A stretch of DNA of 60,990 nt, the filler included. It is 6 parts of 6 records of this genome, joined end to end, with 100 filler letters (N's around TTAATTAATTAA, not from the genome) between each part and the next. Parts side by side here need not be neighbours in the genome. Positions count along the whole stretch, not along the records: positions 46,464 to 52,697 come from SRR20825010_325; positions 52,798 to 56,031 come from SRR20825010_329; positions 56,132 to 60,990 come from SRR20825010_333; 3 more parts are not named here. One strand, given 5' to 3'. The notes below the pieces were generated by a model. That model had not been told where the DNA came from and searched no databases. It worked only from the letters and a program-made list of their open reading frames with translations. How positions within the stretch are numbered: position 1 is the first letter of the stretch; each line of letters begins with the position of its first letter. This document shows, one piece after another, positions 51,844 to 60,947 of this stretch. Both the position numbers and the translations under genes were made by a program.

Positions 51844-52697
51844 CACGAAAATATCTCCCTCACCTTTTCCAGGCTGTCGACCAGTGCGTCGATATCCTGG
51901 CGGGTGTTGTAAAGGCCGAGACTGGCCCGGGCCATGGCCGGCACATCGAACCGGTCCATCAGCGGCTGTGCGCAATGGTGTCCGGCACGCACAGCGACAC
52001 CGGCCTGATCAATGATAGTCGAGATATCGTGCGGATGGGCGCAATCCATGACGAAGGACAGCACGCTCGCCTTGCCCGGCGCCGTGCCGATCAGGCGCAG
52101 CCCCTCGACGGAAGCCAGGCGCTGCGTTGCGTATGTCAGTACATCGCCCTCATGCGCGCCGATCGCCGCCATGCCGATGGCGTTTACATAATCGACTGCC
52201 GCACCAAGACCAACGGCCTGCACGATCGGCGGTGTTCCCGCCTCGAACTTGTGCGGCAGGTCCGCCCAGGTCGATTTCTCGAGCGTGACCGTGCTGATCA
52301 TGTCGCCGCCGCCCTGCACCGGCGGCATCTTCTCCAGCAATTCTTCCTTGCCGTAGAGAATGCCGATCCCGGTCGGGCCATAAAGTTTGTGGCCGGAGAA
52401 AGCGTAGAAATCGCAATCGAGATCCTGCATGTCGACCGGCATGTGGGTAACACCCTGCGCCCCGTCCACAACCAGGATCGCACCCGCTTTGTGGGCGAGC
52501 GCGGCGATTTCCTTCACCGGCAGAACCGTGCCGAGCACGTTGGAGACATGCGGCACGGCGATGATCTTCGTCCGGTCCGTGACCAGCGCTTCCAGCGCGG
52601 AGAGGTGAAACGCCCCCTCCTCGTCCACATCGGCGGCCTTAAGTACCAGCCCCTTCTCGTCCCGGATCATCTGCCACGGCACGATGTTGGAGTGATG
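51843..52697 (-). CDS. sufS: Cysteine desulfurase (5' truncated)
   Basis: HHSNIVPWQ, VDGAQ, FSGHKLYGPTGIG, FEAGTP, RAGHHCAQPL. Confidence 0.95.
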   Translation of the reverse strand, partial: HHSNIVPWQMIRDEKGLVLKAADVDEEGAFHLSALEALVTDRTKIIAVPHVSNVLGTVLPVKEIAALAHKAGAILVVDGAQGVTHMPVDMQDLDCDFYAFSGHKLYGPTGIGILYGKEELLEKMPPVQGGGDMISTVTLEKSTWADLPHKFEAGTPPIVQAVGLGAAVDYVNAIGMAAIGAHEGDVLTYATQRLASVEGLRLIGTAPGKASVLSFVMDCAHPHDISTIIDQAGVAVRAGHHCAQPLMDRFDVPAMARASLGLYNTRQDIDALVDSLEKVREIFS

Positions 52698-52797
52698 NNN
52701 NNNNNNNNNNNNNNNNNNNNNNNNNNNNNNNNNNNNNNNNNTTAATTAATTAANNNNNNNNNNNNNNNNNNNNNNNNNNNNNNNNNNNNNNNNNNNN
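52698..52797. other. Artificial contig spacer
   Basis: N44-TTAATTAATTAA-N44. Confidence 0.98.
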
Positions 52798-52828
52798 CCC
52801 TCAGATTGCGCGCCCAAGTGCTGCTGCG

Positions 52829-53749
52829 TCAAGTATTCGGCTGGGCCTTTGCTGCCAGACGTTCGCGGTGCAGGGTGTACAGGCCAGAGGCGATGATGAT
52901 GCCACAGCCAATCAGAGTCCAACCATCGGGTAGGTCGGAGAAGACCACAAAACCGTAGAAGGTGCCCCAAATGATCATCGAATAGTGGATCGGGGCCAAC
53001 ACCACGGCCTGTGCGATATCCAGCGCCCGGATCACCAACACTTCTCCCAGTCCGGCCGTGGCGGCAAGTCCAATCGCCAATAGCCAGAGCGACAGTTGAT
53101 CCGGTGTTGCCCAGACAAATGGCAGGGCGACGCTGACCAAGACGATAGAGGTGAGCGAGGTATAGGTGACGGTTGTGATGACCGGGTCCGCCCCGCTCAG
53201 GCTGCGCGACAGGACTTGGCGCAGAGCAAAAAAGCAGGCGGCGGTGACGGTAAAGCCGATGGCGGGATGAAAAACGCCCAGACCGGGGCGGATCACGATC
53301 AGCATGCCGACAAAACCGATGCCGACGGCAATCCAACGGCGGATGCCAACGGATTCGCGCAGGACAAACGCCCCCAGAAGGGTGACGATGAAGGGCGCGA
53401 TAAAGGTCACGGCGACGGCATCGGCCAGAGGGACATAGCTGACCGAGATGATGAAACAGATTGCCGAGCAGACTGCCAGCAAGCCGCGGGTGATCTGCAA
53501 GACCGGCAAGCGTGAGCGCAGCATGGACGGCCCGCGCAGGGCCAGCAGGACAATCACACCAAGGGCAAGGCCGATTTGCCGGAACCACACCACCTGCACC
53601 GGGTGCAGGGTTTCAGTCAGGACCTTGGCCATCACATCGCAGGCGGCAAACGAAAAGAACCCCAGTGCCATCAGGACGATGCCGCGCAGGTTTTCGGAAC
53701 TCGACGGCGGAGGCGCATGGCGCAAGGGCGCGGCGATTGGTGAGGGCAT
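52829..53749 (-). CDS. DMT (EamA) family transporter
   Basis: About 10 hydrophobic segments, PLADAVAVTFIAP, LRESVG.RRW, LAPIHYS; real start about 53749 within a longer ORF-track frame. Confidence 0.88.
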   Translation of the reverse strand: MPSPIAAPLRHAPPPSSSENLRGIVLMALGFFSFAACDVMAKVLTETLHPVQVVWFRQIGLALGVIVLLALRGPSMLRSRLPVLQITRGLLAVCSAICFIISVSYVPLADAVAVTFIAPFIVTLLGAFVLRESVGIRRWIAVGIGFVGMLIVIRPGLGVFHPAIGFTVTAACFFALRQVLSRSLSGADPVITTVTYTSLTSIVLVSVALPFVWATPDQLSLWLLAIGLAATAGLGEVLVIRALDIAQAVVLAPIHYSMIIWGTFYGFVVFSDLPDGWTLIGCGIIIASGLYTLHRERLAAKAQPNT

Positions 53750-53871
53750 GGGGTGCTCTGTCTGGGGGTGTCGGCGCGACCCTAGTGCAGCTTGGAGACC
53801 AAGTGCAATGCCAACGGCACCGCCAAATGCGCCGTTCCATGCCGCTGTCTTGGCCGCTGCCTTTGGGGGAT

Positions 53872-55242
53872 CTACCGCATGGTCCGGGGCATTGTGCAGT
53901 TTGGCGCGGCGTCCAGCGCGGCCGCGTAGTAGTGACCGCTGACCGCGCCACGCCCGGTGCGCAGGATTGTCAGCATCCGCTTGGCGATCCCTTGGGTATC
54001 GCCATTCCACGCCTGTAGCACAGAGGAAAGTGGATGGCCGGAACAGTCCCGCCCCGTCGGGCAATAGGTGGCGGTAAACCCGTAGTGCGTATCGCTGTGC
54101 CAATCGAATTTGGGCGCGGTAAATTCGGTTGCGTAATAGGTGGTGGCCCGGTCCAGCGCAAAAGTGGCATCGAGGCCAAAGACCTTCATCGCGGGGTTGT
54201 TGCCGTGGTCGGTCGTGATCCCCGGAACGCCATAGGCGATCCCGGCGGCGTCGCCCTGACATGAAGTCAGAAGACGCAAATCGTCCAGATGGGTATGGGC
54301 TGTCAGCATTGCGGAGATGGTCTTGGCGTGGCGGGCTGTCAGCTCCAGAAAAACACGTTCGATGGTGTAATCACTTGCCGCACTTGCAGCAGTGAACAGC
54401 GGATCATCGCCGGTGTACCCGCTGTCCGAATACCCGCGCGCAACGGTCCACATCGGGCCGCCGCCATAGCCGTCGATACCGGGTGGAACGTGCATCGCCA
54501 GGATGACCTTTTCCCCGGCGGCCTCGGCCTGCTCCAGTTGGGTGGCAAGCCATTGCAGTTGGGTCGCGATGCGCGTTTCGATTTCCGCGATGGTGAGGGC
54601 GTTTTCGCAGGCGTCCCAGTTGAACCCGGTGCCGTAGTCGTCGGTAAACATGACTGTGTTCAAGGCGATCAGCCGCAGCCCGGTGTCCGGCAGCAGCGGA
54701 TAGGCAGAGTAATAGCCGTGGTCGATATGGCTGGCGTCGATCAGCGTGTCCCCGGCGCGCAGTGTCGGCCATTGATTGGTGGGCGGGCCGCTTTTGGTGG
54801 GGTCGTATTTGTCGTCCGCGACAAAGGGCACCTGACCGCCGCTGTCGAAGGCGCAATAGTCGCGGTCCAGGCTGTCGTTGTTGCCGGGCAGGAAATAGAG
54901 CCTATGACTGTCCCCCGCAATTGTGGCCAATCCGTTCAGGACAGTGGTGAACTCCAGCTTGCGTGCGGCGTCTGCCTGATTGTGGGCGGGCATGTCGCCA
55001 AGATATAGCGTGAAGGCAGCGGATTCGCTGTCACGCAGGGCGCGGGCCTTGGTCTGGGCCTTGTCCCAAAGCGCCTTGCTGGTTTCATGACTGTGACCCC
55101 AGACGTGTTCCTCTGCCGCAATGCCATAATGCACGTCCGACAGGGTAAGAAACGTGCTCTGTGCCTCGGCGGGTCGGCCAAAAGCCAGCAGCACAGCGGG
55201 ACAAAGGACAAGAGTGCAGAGGATTTTGGGCATAATGGTCAT
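53872..55242 (-). CDS. Secreted calcineurin-like metallophosphoesterase, acid-sphingomyelinase-like
   Basis: Signal peptide ending AEA; motifs SDVH, LGDMPAH, PGNND, MHVPPG, AHTHLDD; AAGGA RBS before 55242. Confidence 0.82.
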   Translation of the reverse strand: MTIMPKILCTLVLCPAVLLAFGRPAEAQSTFLTLSDVHYGIAAEEHVWGHSHETSKALWDKAQTKARALRDSESAAFTLYLGDMPAHNQADAARKLEFTTVLNGLATIAGDSHRLYFLPGNNDSLDRDYCAFDSGGQVPFVADDKYDPTKSGPPTNQWPTLRAGDTLIDASHIDHGYYSAYPLLPDTGLRLIALNTVMFTDDYGTGFNWDACENALTIAEIETRIATQLQWLATQLEQAEAAGEKVILAMHVPPGIDGYGGGPMWTVARGYSDSGYTGDDPLFTAASAASDYTIERVFLELTARHAKTISAMLTAHTHLDDLRLLTSCQGDAAGIAYGVPGITTDHGNNPAMKVFGLDATFALDRATTYYATEFTAPKFDWHSDTHYGFTATYCPTGRDCSGHPLSSVLQAWNGDTQGIAKRMLTILRTGRGAVSGHYYAAALDAAPNCTMPRTMR

Positions 55243-55505
55243 GGGTGTCCTTGTCGTATTTTGGGACTCAGTCAGGGTCAGCATTTCGCAAAAGGCGATT
55301 CGAGGCGAGTCGTGTTCCGCTGCTGCACGCATTGGGTGAAGAGTGCGGGGCGGGCGATGTTTTTTCGTGCCGTGGGTGGTAAACGCTTCTGCTGTTCATA
55401 GGTCCCAACAAATGTTGTTTGTCTGGATGTCCGGGTCGCACTCGTCCCAACCCGCCGTGCCAGCCCTCTTAGCGCCAAGCGCACCAAATTTTCCCGGTCT
55501 CCATG

Positions 55506-55533
55506 TTGACAGAACTGAGACTCATCCTTAGCT
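55506..55533 (+). promoter_or_regulatory. Putative groESL promoter
   Basis: TTGACA at 55506-55511 and a CCTTAGCT -10-like element just upstream of CIRCE. Confidence 0.5.
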
Positions 55534-55541
55534 AGACGCCG

Positions 55542-55568
55542 TTAGCACTCGACTACGGTGAGTGCTAA
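55542..55568 (+). promoter_or_regulatory. CIRCE element (HrcA operator)
   Basis: Exact consensus TTAGCACTC-N9-GAGTGCTAA upstream of groES. Confidence 0.97.
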
Positions 55569-55626
55569 CGCCCCCGCTCATACGGTGAGGGGGCATAGAA
55601 GAAACTTTGAGCTAGGAGACTCGGAG

Positions 55627-55938
55627 ATGGCATTCAAACCGCTTCATGACCGCGTGCTTGTCCGTCGCGTTGAAGGCGACGAAAAGACTGCTGGTGGGCT
55701 GATCATTCCTGACAGCGCCAAGGAAAAGCCGGCAGAAGGCGTGGTTGTCTCGTGTGGCGAAGGCGCACGCAAGGACAGCGGCGAGCTGATCGAAATGGGC
55801 GTCAAAGAAGGCGACAAAGTCCTTTTCGGTAAGTGGTCCGGCACCGAAGTCAATGTCGGTGGCGAAGAGCTGCTGATCATGAAGGAAAGCGACATCATCG
55901 GGATCATCACTGACGAAGCAGCAGCAGCCGCTGCCTGA
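55627..55938 (+). CDS. groES: Co-chaperonin GroES
   Basis: [35 protein letters not shown]. Confidence 0.97.
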   Translation: MAFKPLHDRVLVRRVEGDEKTAGGLIIPDSAKEKPAEGVVVSCGEGARKDSGELIEMGVKEGDKVLFGKWSGTEVNVGGEELLIMKESDIIGIITDEAAAAAA

Positions 55939-55983
55939 ACGCCAGTCGTGATCGCCAACGAAGACTTCTAAGGAGGACATGCG

Positions 55984-56031
55984 ATGTCTGCAAAAGATGT
56001 GAAATTCGATACCGATGCCCGCAACAAAATG
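55984..56031 (+). CDS. groEL: Chaperonin GroEL (N-terminal fragment)
   Basis: MSAKDVKFDTDARNKM after an AAGGAGG RBS, downstream of groES. Confidence 0.9.
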
Positions 56032-56131
56032 NNNNNNNNNNNNNNNNNNNNNNNNNNNNNNNNNNNNNNNNNNNNTTAATTAATTAANNNNNNNNNNNNN
56101 NNNNNNNNNNNNNNNNNNNNNNNNNNNNNNN
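56032..56131. other. Artificial contig spacer
   Basis: N44-TTAATTAATTAA-N44. Confidence 0.98.
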
Positions 56132-57345
56132 GACGGGTCGTCGGCAACAAGCGCAAAATAGGAGTGCAGCGGCGCGGACGTCTTGCCGACGGCGGTGCGG
56201 ACATAGGCGAGCGTCGCCTCGTGGTCGGCATTGGCTGCGGCCAACACTTCGGGCTTGTCGGCCACCAGCGCGTTGACCTTGCGGTCGACGCGCTCGTAGA
56301 TCGGCCGTGCTTCGGATGTGTGGCCGACGATCTTCCAGGCATTGCCGTCGCGCTCGAGCATCAGGTCGATGAGGCCGAGATGCGATCCCCAGAAGCCGCC
56401 CATGACACCCGGCTTGCCGGAGATGGTGCCCTTGGCGTTGTCGACGCCGGCGACGCCGTCGAATTTCGGGCCGGGGAAATCGAGATGGCTGTGGCCGGTG
56501 ACGATCGCGTCGATGCCGGGGACGGCGGCAAGCGGCACGGACGCATTCTCGAGGTTTTCGGCCCAGGCTTCCTGGCCGATGCCGGAGTGGGACAGGGCAA
56601 TGACGATGTCGGCGCCTTCCTCGCGCATCTGCGGTACCCAGGCTTCGGCGGCCTTGACGATGTCGCGGGTGGCAGCGCTGCCGGTCAGGTGACGGGCGTC
56701 CCAGGTCATGATCTGCGGCGGGACAAAGCCGATGAGGCCGATCCTGATCGGATGCTCGGCGCCGGCGCCATCCTTGATGGTGCGGTCAAGGATCATGTAG
56801 GGCTTGAGGAAAAGGTCGTCGTCGCGCGGGTTTTCGGCCAGCGCGCCCTTGGCGAGGTTGGCGCAGACCATCGGGAAGTTCGCGCCGCCGATTACCTTGA
56901 ACATGAAGTCGAGGCCGTAGTTGAACTCGTGATTTCCCAGCGTTCCGCCATCATAGCCGAGCACGTTCATGGCGGCGATGATCGGGTGGAGATCGCCTTC
57001 CTTCATGCCGCGCTCGTATGCGATGTAATCGCCCATCGGATTGCCCTGCAGGAAGTCGCCATTGTCGACGAGGATCGAGTTCTGCGCTTCGGCGCGGATC
57101 TGGTCGATGATCGATGCGGTGCGGGCGAGGCCCATCGTGTCATTGGGCTTGTCGCCATAATAGTCGTAGGCGAACACATGCACATGCAGGTCGGTGGTTT
57201 CCATGATGCGCAGATGCGCCTGGTTGGCATTGGCGCGCGCGGTGAACGGATGCACCATGACCAGAGCGCTGGTGGCGGCAAGCCCGCCCAGCAAGGAACG
57301 GCGCGAGATTGGATGCAGCATGTCGAGAACGCGTTGGTCTTTCAT
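56132..57345 (-). CDS. cpdB: 2',3'-cyclic-nucleotide 2'-phosphodiesterase / 3'-nucleotidase (3' truncated)
   Basis: Tat-type SRRSLL signal; METTDLH, DNGDFLQG, LGNHEFNYG, HSG, GHSH, SYFALV. Confidence 0.92.
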
Positions 57346-57563
57346 GGACTTTCTCCCTGCAGTTGACCTAAAAAGGTGCCTGGCGGATACATCGGCACGC
57401 ATCCGCATCCCGGCTTTCCGTCGCCTATGGCGGCAAGCCTTAAATACCAAGTGTGATCCTGACGTGACACTTGTGCAACCAGATTCGTCGGCGGGAGCGG
57501 AAGGGTGAAGTCCGTCCCTCCGGCGCCGGCAACCCGTTTGATCGCGACAGTGAGGAGCATGGC

Positions 57564-57860
57564 ATGGCAGGCATTATGGACAGCATCCGCAACTTGTTCG
57601 GCGGCAGGTCCGCATCCGGTCCGCCGCAGGCTGCCAACGAGCCCGATAGCTACAAGGATTGCCTGATCTATGCCGAGCCGATGGCCGAGGGCGGGCAGTG
57701 GCGGCTGGCCGGACGCATCGTCAAGGGCGAAGGCGAGGCCGCCAGGGAGCACAAGTTCATCCGTGCCGACATCTTCTCGAGCCGCGATGACGTGGAGGCG
57801 GCGACCTATCGCAAGGCGCGCCAGATCATCGACGAGCAGGGAGACGCGTTGTTCCGCTAG
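57564..57860 (+). CDS. Alphaproteobacterial HlyU-family protein
   Basis: LFGG, EGGQWRLAGRI, HKFIRAD, KARQIIDEQG; GAGGAG RBS. Confidence 0.8.
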   Translation: MAGIMDSIRNLFGGRSASGPPQAANEPDSYKDCLIYAEPMAEGGQWRLAGRIVKGEGEAAREHKFIRADIFSSRDDVEAATYRKARQIIDEQGDALFR

Positions 57861-57999
57861 TTGAGGAGCCGCCCATCTCCCTTAATCACGGTTTTTTCAC
57901 ACCTAAAACCACCGTTTCCGGGTTTAGACTCAAGGCCGTCGAAACAGACTGGCTTGCGTGATTGCTGCGCAGGTTTCAGTCATCAGGACGGAGGCGGTG

Positions 58000-58716
58000 A
58001 TGGGACGCTTGGGAATTGTACTGGCAGGCGGCTTCGGCGGGATCGCTCCCAGCCTCATCGACAAGGCGCACGGCTTGCAAAGCGGCGCCATCGAGGTCTG
58101 GCTGGCGGGTGGAAACGACATTCTGGTCCCCGTTCTCTGCAGTTTCGGCGCAATGGCGCTGTTTTTTGTGATCGGAGCAGCGGTTTCCATCATCTACAAC
58201 GAAACGGTGCTTTCCAAGGCGATGATCCTGGGAATAGGCGCGCCGGCGCTGATCATGGCGGCTGCGGCCGCTGGCGGTGGCGGGACCAAACCTGCCCATG
58301 TCGAGACCTCCGCCAACTATGGTTGGGTAACGCATGCTTTCGCCCAGGACGCCAAGGCTGTGACCAAGGCCTTCGATCTGACGGTCAAGTCAACGCCTGA
58401 CAAGGGTGTTTGTACGACATGCACCGTTCAGATCATGGGGGTGGACAACAAGCTCCTCTCGGTTCAGGCGCTTGACGGTGCTTCCGGGGAAACGGTTGTG
58501 ACAATCCCGGAAGGCGCCAGTTCCATCGTCTTTTCCGGCAACAATACCAATGCTGTTTCGCTCGATGTCCAGCAGATCGTCGGCCAGCCGACCGATGATT
58601 CCAAAACGGCTGTGATCGACATCGAGCGCGACCGTAATTACTGGAATGACGTGCAGCGGTCGCTCGGCGTCAGGTCGATCGAGCCCTATGATTTCAACGT
58701 CAAGCTGGAAAAGTAG
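58000..58716 (+). CDS. Hypothetical membrane protein with a beta-rich C-terminal domain
   Basis: GGAGG RBS; two to three N-terminal hydrophobic segments, then a soluble domain containing CTTC. Confidence 0.7.
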   Translation: MGRLGIVLAGGFGGIAPSLIDKAHGLQSGAIEVWLAGGNDILVPVLCSFGAMALFFVIGAAVSIIYNETVLSKAMILGIGAPALIMAAAAAGGGGTKPAHVETSANYGWVTHAFAQDAKAVTKAFDLTVKSTPDKGVCTTCTVQIMGVDNKLLSVQALDGASGETVVTIPEGASSIVFSGNNTNAVSLDVQQIVGQPTDDSKTAVIDIERDRNYWNDVQRSLGVRSIEPYDFNVKLEK

Positions 58717-58743
58717 CCCGGACCGTCGGGCCGATGCAAATGG

Positions 58744-58771
58744 GGCCCGACCGGAAAGCTCCGGTCGGGCC
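58744..58771. terminator. Hairpin between convergent genes
   Basis: GGCCCGACCGGA-AAGC-TCCGGTCGGGCC, 12-bp perfect stem, no clear U tract. Confidence 0.6.
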
Positions 58772-58810
58772 TGCTGGTCTGGCACGCTGCCAGAGCTTGA
58801 TCGGCAGCCG

Positions 58811-59179
58811 TCAGTCGAAGCTGACTTCGTTGTCGCCGAGATAGACGTTGCTGGCTTCGCAGATGTCGATCGTATGCTCTTCGTCCAGGGTTTCGCCGCC
58901 ATTCACATCGAGCCACCCGGCCTGGAAAACCTGATCGCAGGAGCAGGTGTCGGCGGTAAATTCGGCGACGGCAGACTGGCCGGGTTTCATGTTCCGGGCG
59001 AGCCAGTTGGCGCTCCAGGTCGCGCCATCGTCCTCACTGGTGTAGAAGCCGGTCAAGGTATTCTCTGCGGTGTCGTTGTGGATCGTGAACACGCATTCGG
59101 ATCCGGTCTGAGCCAGGGCTCCTGTTGCCGATACGAATGAAGCGAAAGTCAGGGCGGCGCTTAAATTGAGAAGTTTCAT
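58811..59179 (-). CDS. Small exported acidic hypothetical protein
   Basis: Signal peptide MKLLNLSAALTFASFVSATGALA; four Cys; FTIHNDT...FYTS...W..NWL. Confidence 0.75.
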   Translation of the reverse strand: MKLLNLSAALTFASFVSATGALAQTGSECVFTIHNDTAENTLTGFYTSEDDGATWSANWLARNMKPGQSAVAEFTADTCSCDQVFQAGWLDVNGGETLDEEHTIDICEASNVYLGDNEVSFD

Positions 59180-59588
59180 GGGATTCCCCGTGGTGGTTGT
59201 CATTCGGGCCTTCGGTGCGTTTACGTCACTGTTCGTGGGCCATCTGCCGCTGCATTTTGTTCGATGTTAAGATCCGGAAGCTGGAACGTCTGTCTGCAAG
59301 CCGCGCCGCGCGCTGGCAAGCTTCGGTCAGTCGAAGCGGATCAGCGCGCGCCACGATCTCGGCCATCCGCTCGCGCCGGTCAAGCTCATTCTTCAAAAGG
59401 CACAGGGTTCCCGCAATTCACACCGTTGCCAGGCGTCTTTGGAGCAATCCGGCCGGCCGCGAACCGGTTTCAAGCTGACATTTGATGCCCGATCTGTCTG
59501 CAGTCGCTGCCGGGCTGCCGCCATGGGCTTCCGCTGGAATGTGACTCCATTGCGGCCCGGTTGCCTTGAAATCTTCACAGTGAATTTC

Positions 59589-59613
59589 GGAACGCAGAGG
59601 GGCTTGCAGCGTT
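59589..59613 (+). promoter_or_regulatory. EcfG/RpoE2 general-stress-response promoter
   Basis: GGAAC-N16-CGTT about 105 bp upstream of the PRC-barrel gene. Confidence 0.75.
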
Positions 59614-59717
59614 GATCGATCAGGATCGGCTCGTTGGCAAAGGCCTGTCAGATGCCGCGCAAACTGCCGATCTCAACTGGAACCCCTTTGGCTTCTGTCA
59701 TCCTGAAGGAGAAACGC

Positions 59718-60083
59718 ATGTCCACACTCACCAAGGAAACCACCTCTGTGATCGGCAGCGACAGGGTCGCTGGCACCGAGGTCTATGATCACTCCGGGCA
59801 ACACATCGGTTCGATCGAAAAAGTCATGATAGAAAAGGTTGGCGGCAAGGTGTCCTATGCCGTGCTGAGCTTCGGCGGCTTCTTTGGCATCGGCGACGAT
59901 CACTATCCGTTGCCCTGGGAAAAGCTGCAATATGACGAGGAGCTGGGCGGCTACCGCGCGGATATCACCAAGAAGCAGGTGGAAGGCGCGCCGAAATACC
60001 GTGCAGGTTCAGACTTCGACTGGAAGCCCTCGACCCAAGAGCGGCTGTATGCCCATTATGGCAACCCGCCTTACTGGCGCTAA
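59718..60083 (+). CDS. PRC-barrel domain protein
   Basis: SDRVAGTEVY, YAVLSFGGFFGIG, YPLPW; AAGGAG RBS. Confidence 0.9.
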   Translation: MSTLTKETTSVIGSDRVAGTEVYDHSGQHIGSIEKVMIEKVGGKVSYAVLSFGGFFGIGDDHYPLPWEKLQYDEELGGYRADITKKQVEGAPKYRAGSDFDWKPSTQERLYAHYGNPPYWR

Positions 60084-60155
60084 GCAATCGGTGGGGGATA
60101 CCTGGCGCCCAAATCTCAGTATTTGCGCGCCAGGTTCGTAGCCTGACCTGAAGCG

Positions 60156-60180
60156 CGACCGCCGAACCGTTCGGCGGTCG
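60156..60180. terminator. Hairpin between convergent genes
   Basis: CGACCGCCGAA-CCG-TTCGGCGGTCG, 11-bp perfect stem. Confidence 0.55.
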
Positions 60181-60203
60181 ATTCGTCTGCGGCAATCGCA
60201 TTC

Positions 60204-60947
60204 TCATGCCAGGGCGCTCGCATCCTCGCGCTTGGCGATCTTGTGGTTGTCCTCGGTCAGTCCAGCCTTCCAGTAGCTGGAGATGTAGAGATTGCCGCTG
60301 TCCAGGCCGCGCTCGGTGCGGAAGTAATCGCGCAGTTGCCGCATGACGGTGAATTCGCAGGCGGCCCAGACCGAGGGACGCCCATCGCGCCAGCCAACGG
60401 CCCGGACGCGTTCGATCAACGCAGAGTCGGCCTGGCCGGGATGCGGATTGATGACCCACTCGATGCCCAGATGCGGTGGCTTCTGCAAGTCCTGGATGTC
60501 GGCCTGATCGATGATTTCGATCACGGCGGTGCCGCTGGCCGTGTCGGGGAGCAGTTCGAGATTGCCGGAGATCGCCGGCAGCGCGGTCATGTCTCCGACC
60601 AGCAGGTACCAGTCCGCGCCGGGATGGACGAGCTTGCGCGGACCCGGGCCGCCGACCATGATTGTGTCGCCGGCCTGGGCATTCATGGCCCAGAGCGTCG
60701 CGGGGCCGCGTTCCTCGTGCAGGGCGAAATCCACGTCGATCGCATCAGTGCGGTGGGAGCGGACCGTGTAGGTGCGGACCACTTCGCGTCCGGCGGCCGC
60801 ATCCGGTACCCGGAGCTTGACATAGGCGCTTGTCTGGTCGGCCGGGAAATCCGCCATTCCGGCGCCGCCGAGCGTGACCCTCAGCATGTTGGGTGTCACC
60901 TGCCGCTTGGCGATCACATCGAGTTGCCTTGGTTCGGGTCGGGCCAT
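60204..60947 (-). CDS. Siderophore-interacting protein (ViuB-like FAD-dependent reductase)
   Basis: TPNMLRVTL, RTYTVR, VDFALH, GPGP, GDMTALPAI, SSYWK; ATG 60947 has an AGGAG RBS. Confidence 0.92.
   Translation of the reverse strand: MARPEPRQLDVIAKRQVTPNMLRVTLGGAGMADFPADQTSAYVKLRVPDAAAGREVVRTYTVRSHRTDAIDVDFALHEERGPATLWAMNAQAGDTIMVGGPGPRKLVHPGADWYLLVGDMTALPAISGNLELLPDTASGTAVIEIIDQADIQDLQKPPHLGIEWVINPHPGQADSALIERVRAVGWRDGRPSVWAACEFTVMRQLRDYFRTERGLDSGNLYISSYWKAGLTEDNHKIAKREDASALA

Noticed and set aside
52829..54262. 477-aa ORF suggesting a fusion to the DMT transporter
   Set aside because: The upstream part overlaps the phosphoesterase gene in another frame and looks non-coding; the transporter starts near 53749
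11691..56131. Five identical TTAATTAATTAA motifs flanked by N runs, and sharp GC shifts across them
   Set aside because: Artificial contig linkers. They are not repeats, att sites or island borders, and no gene linkage can be inferred across them.
59200..59580. Possible small ORF or ncRNA in a roughly 400-bp intergenic stretch
   Set aside because: Short frames lack a convincing RBS or motif, and I recognised no RNA family or terminator
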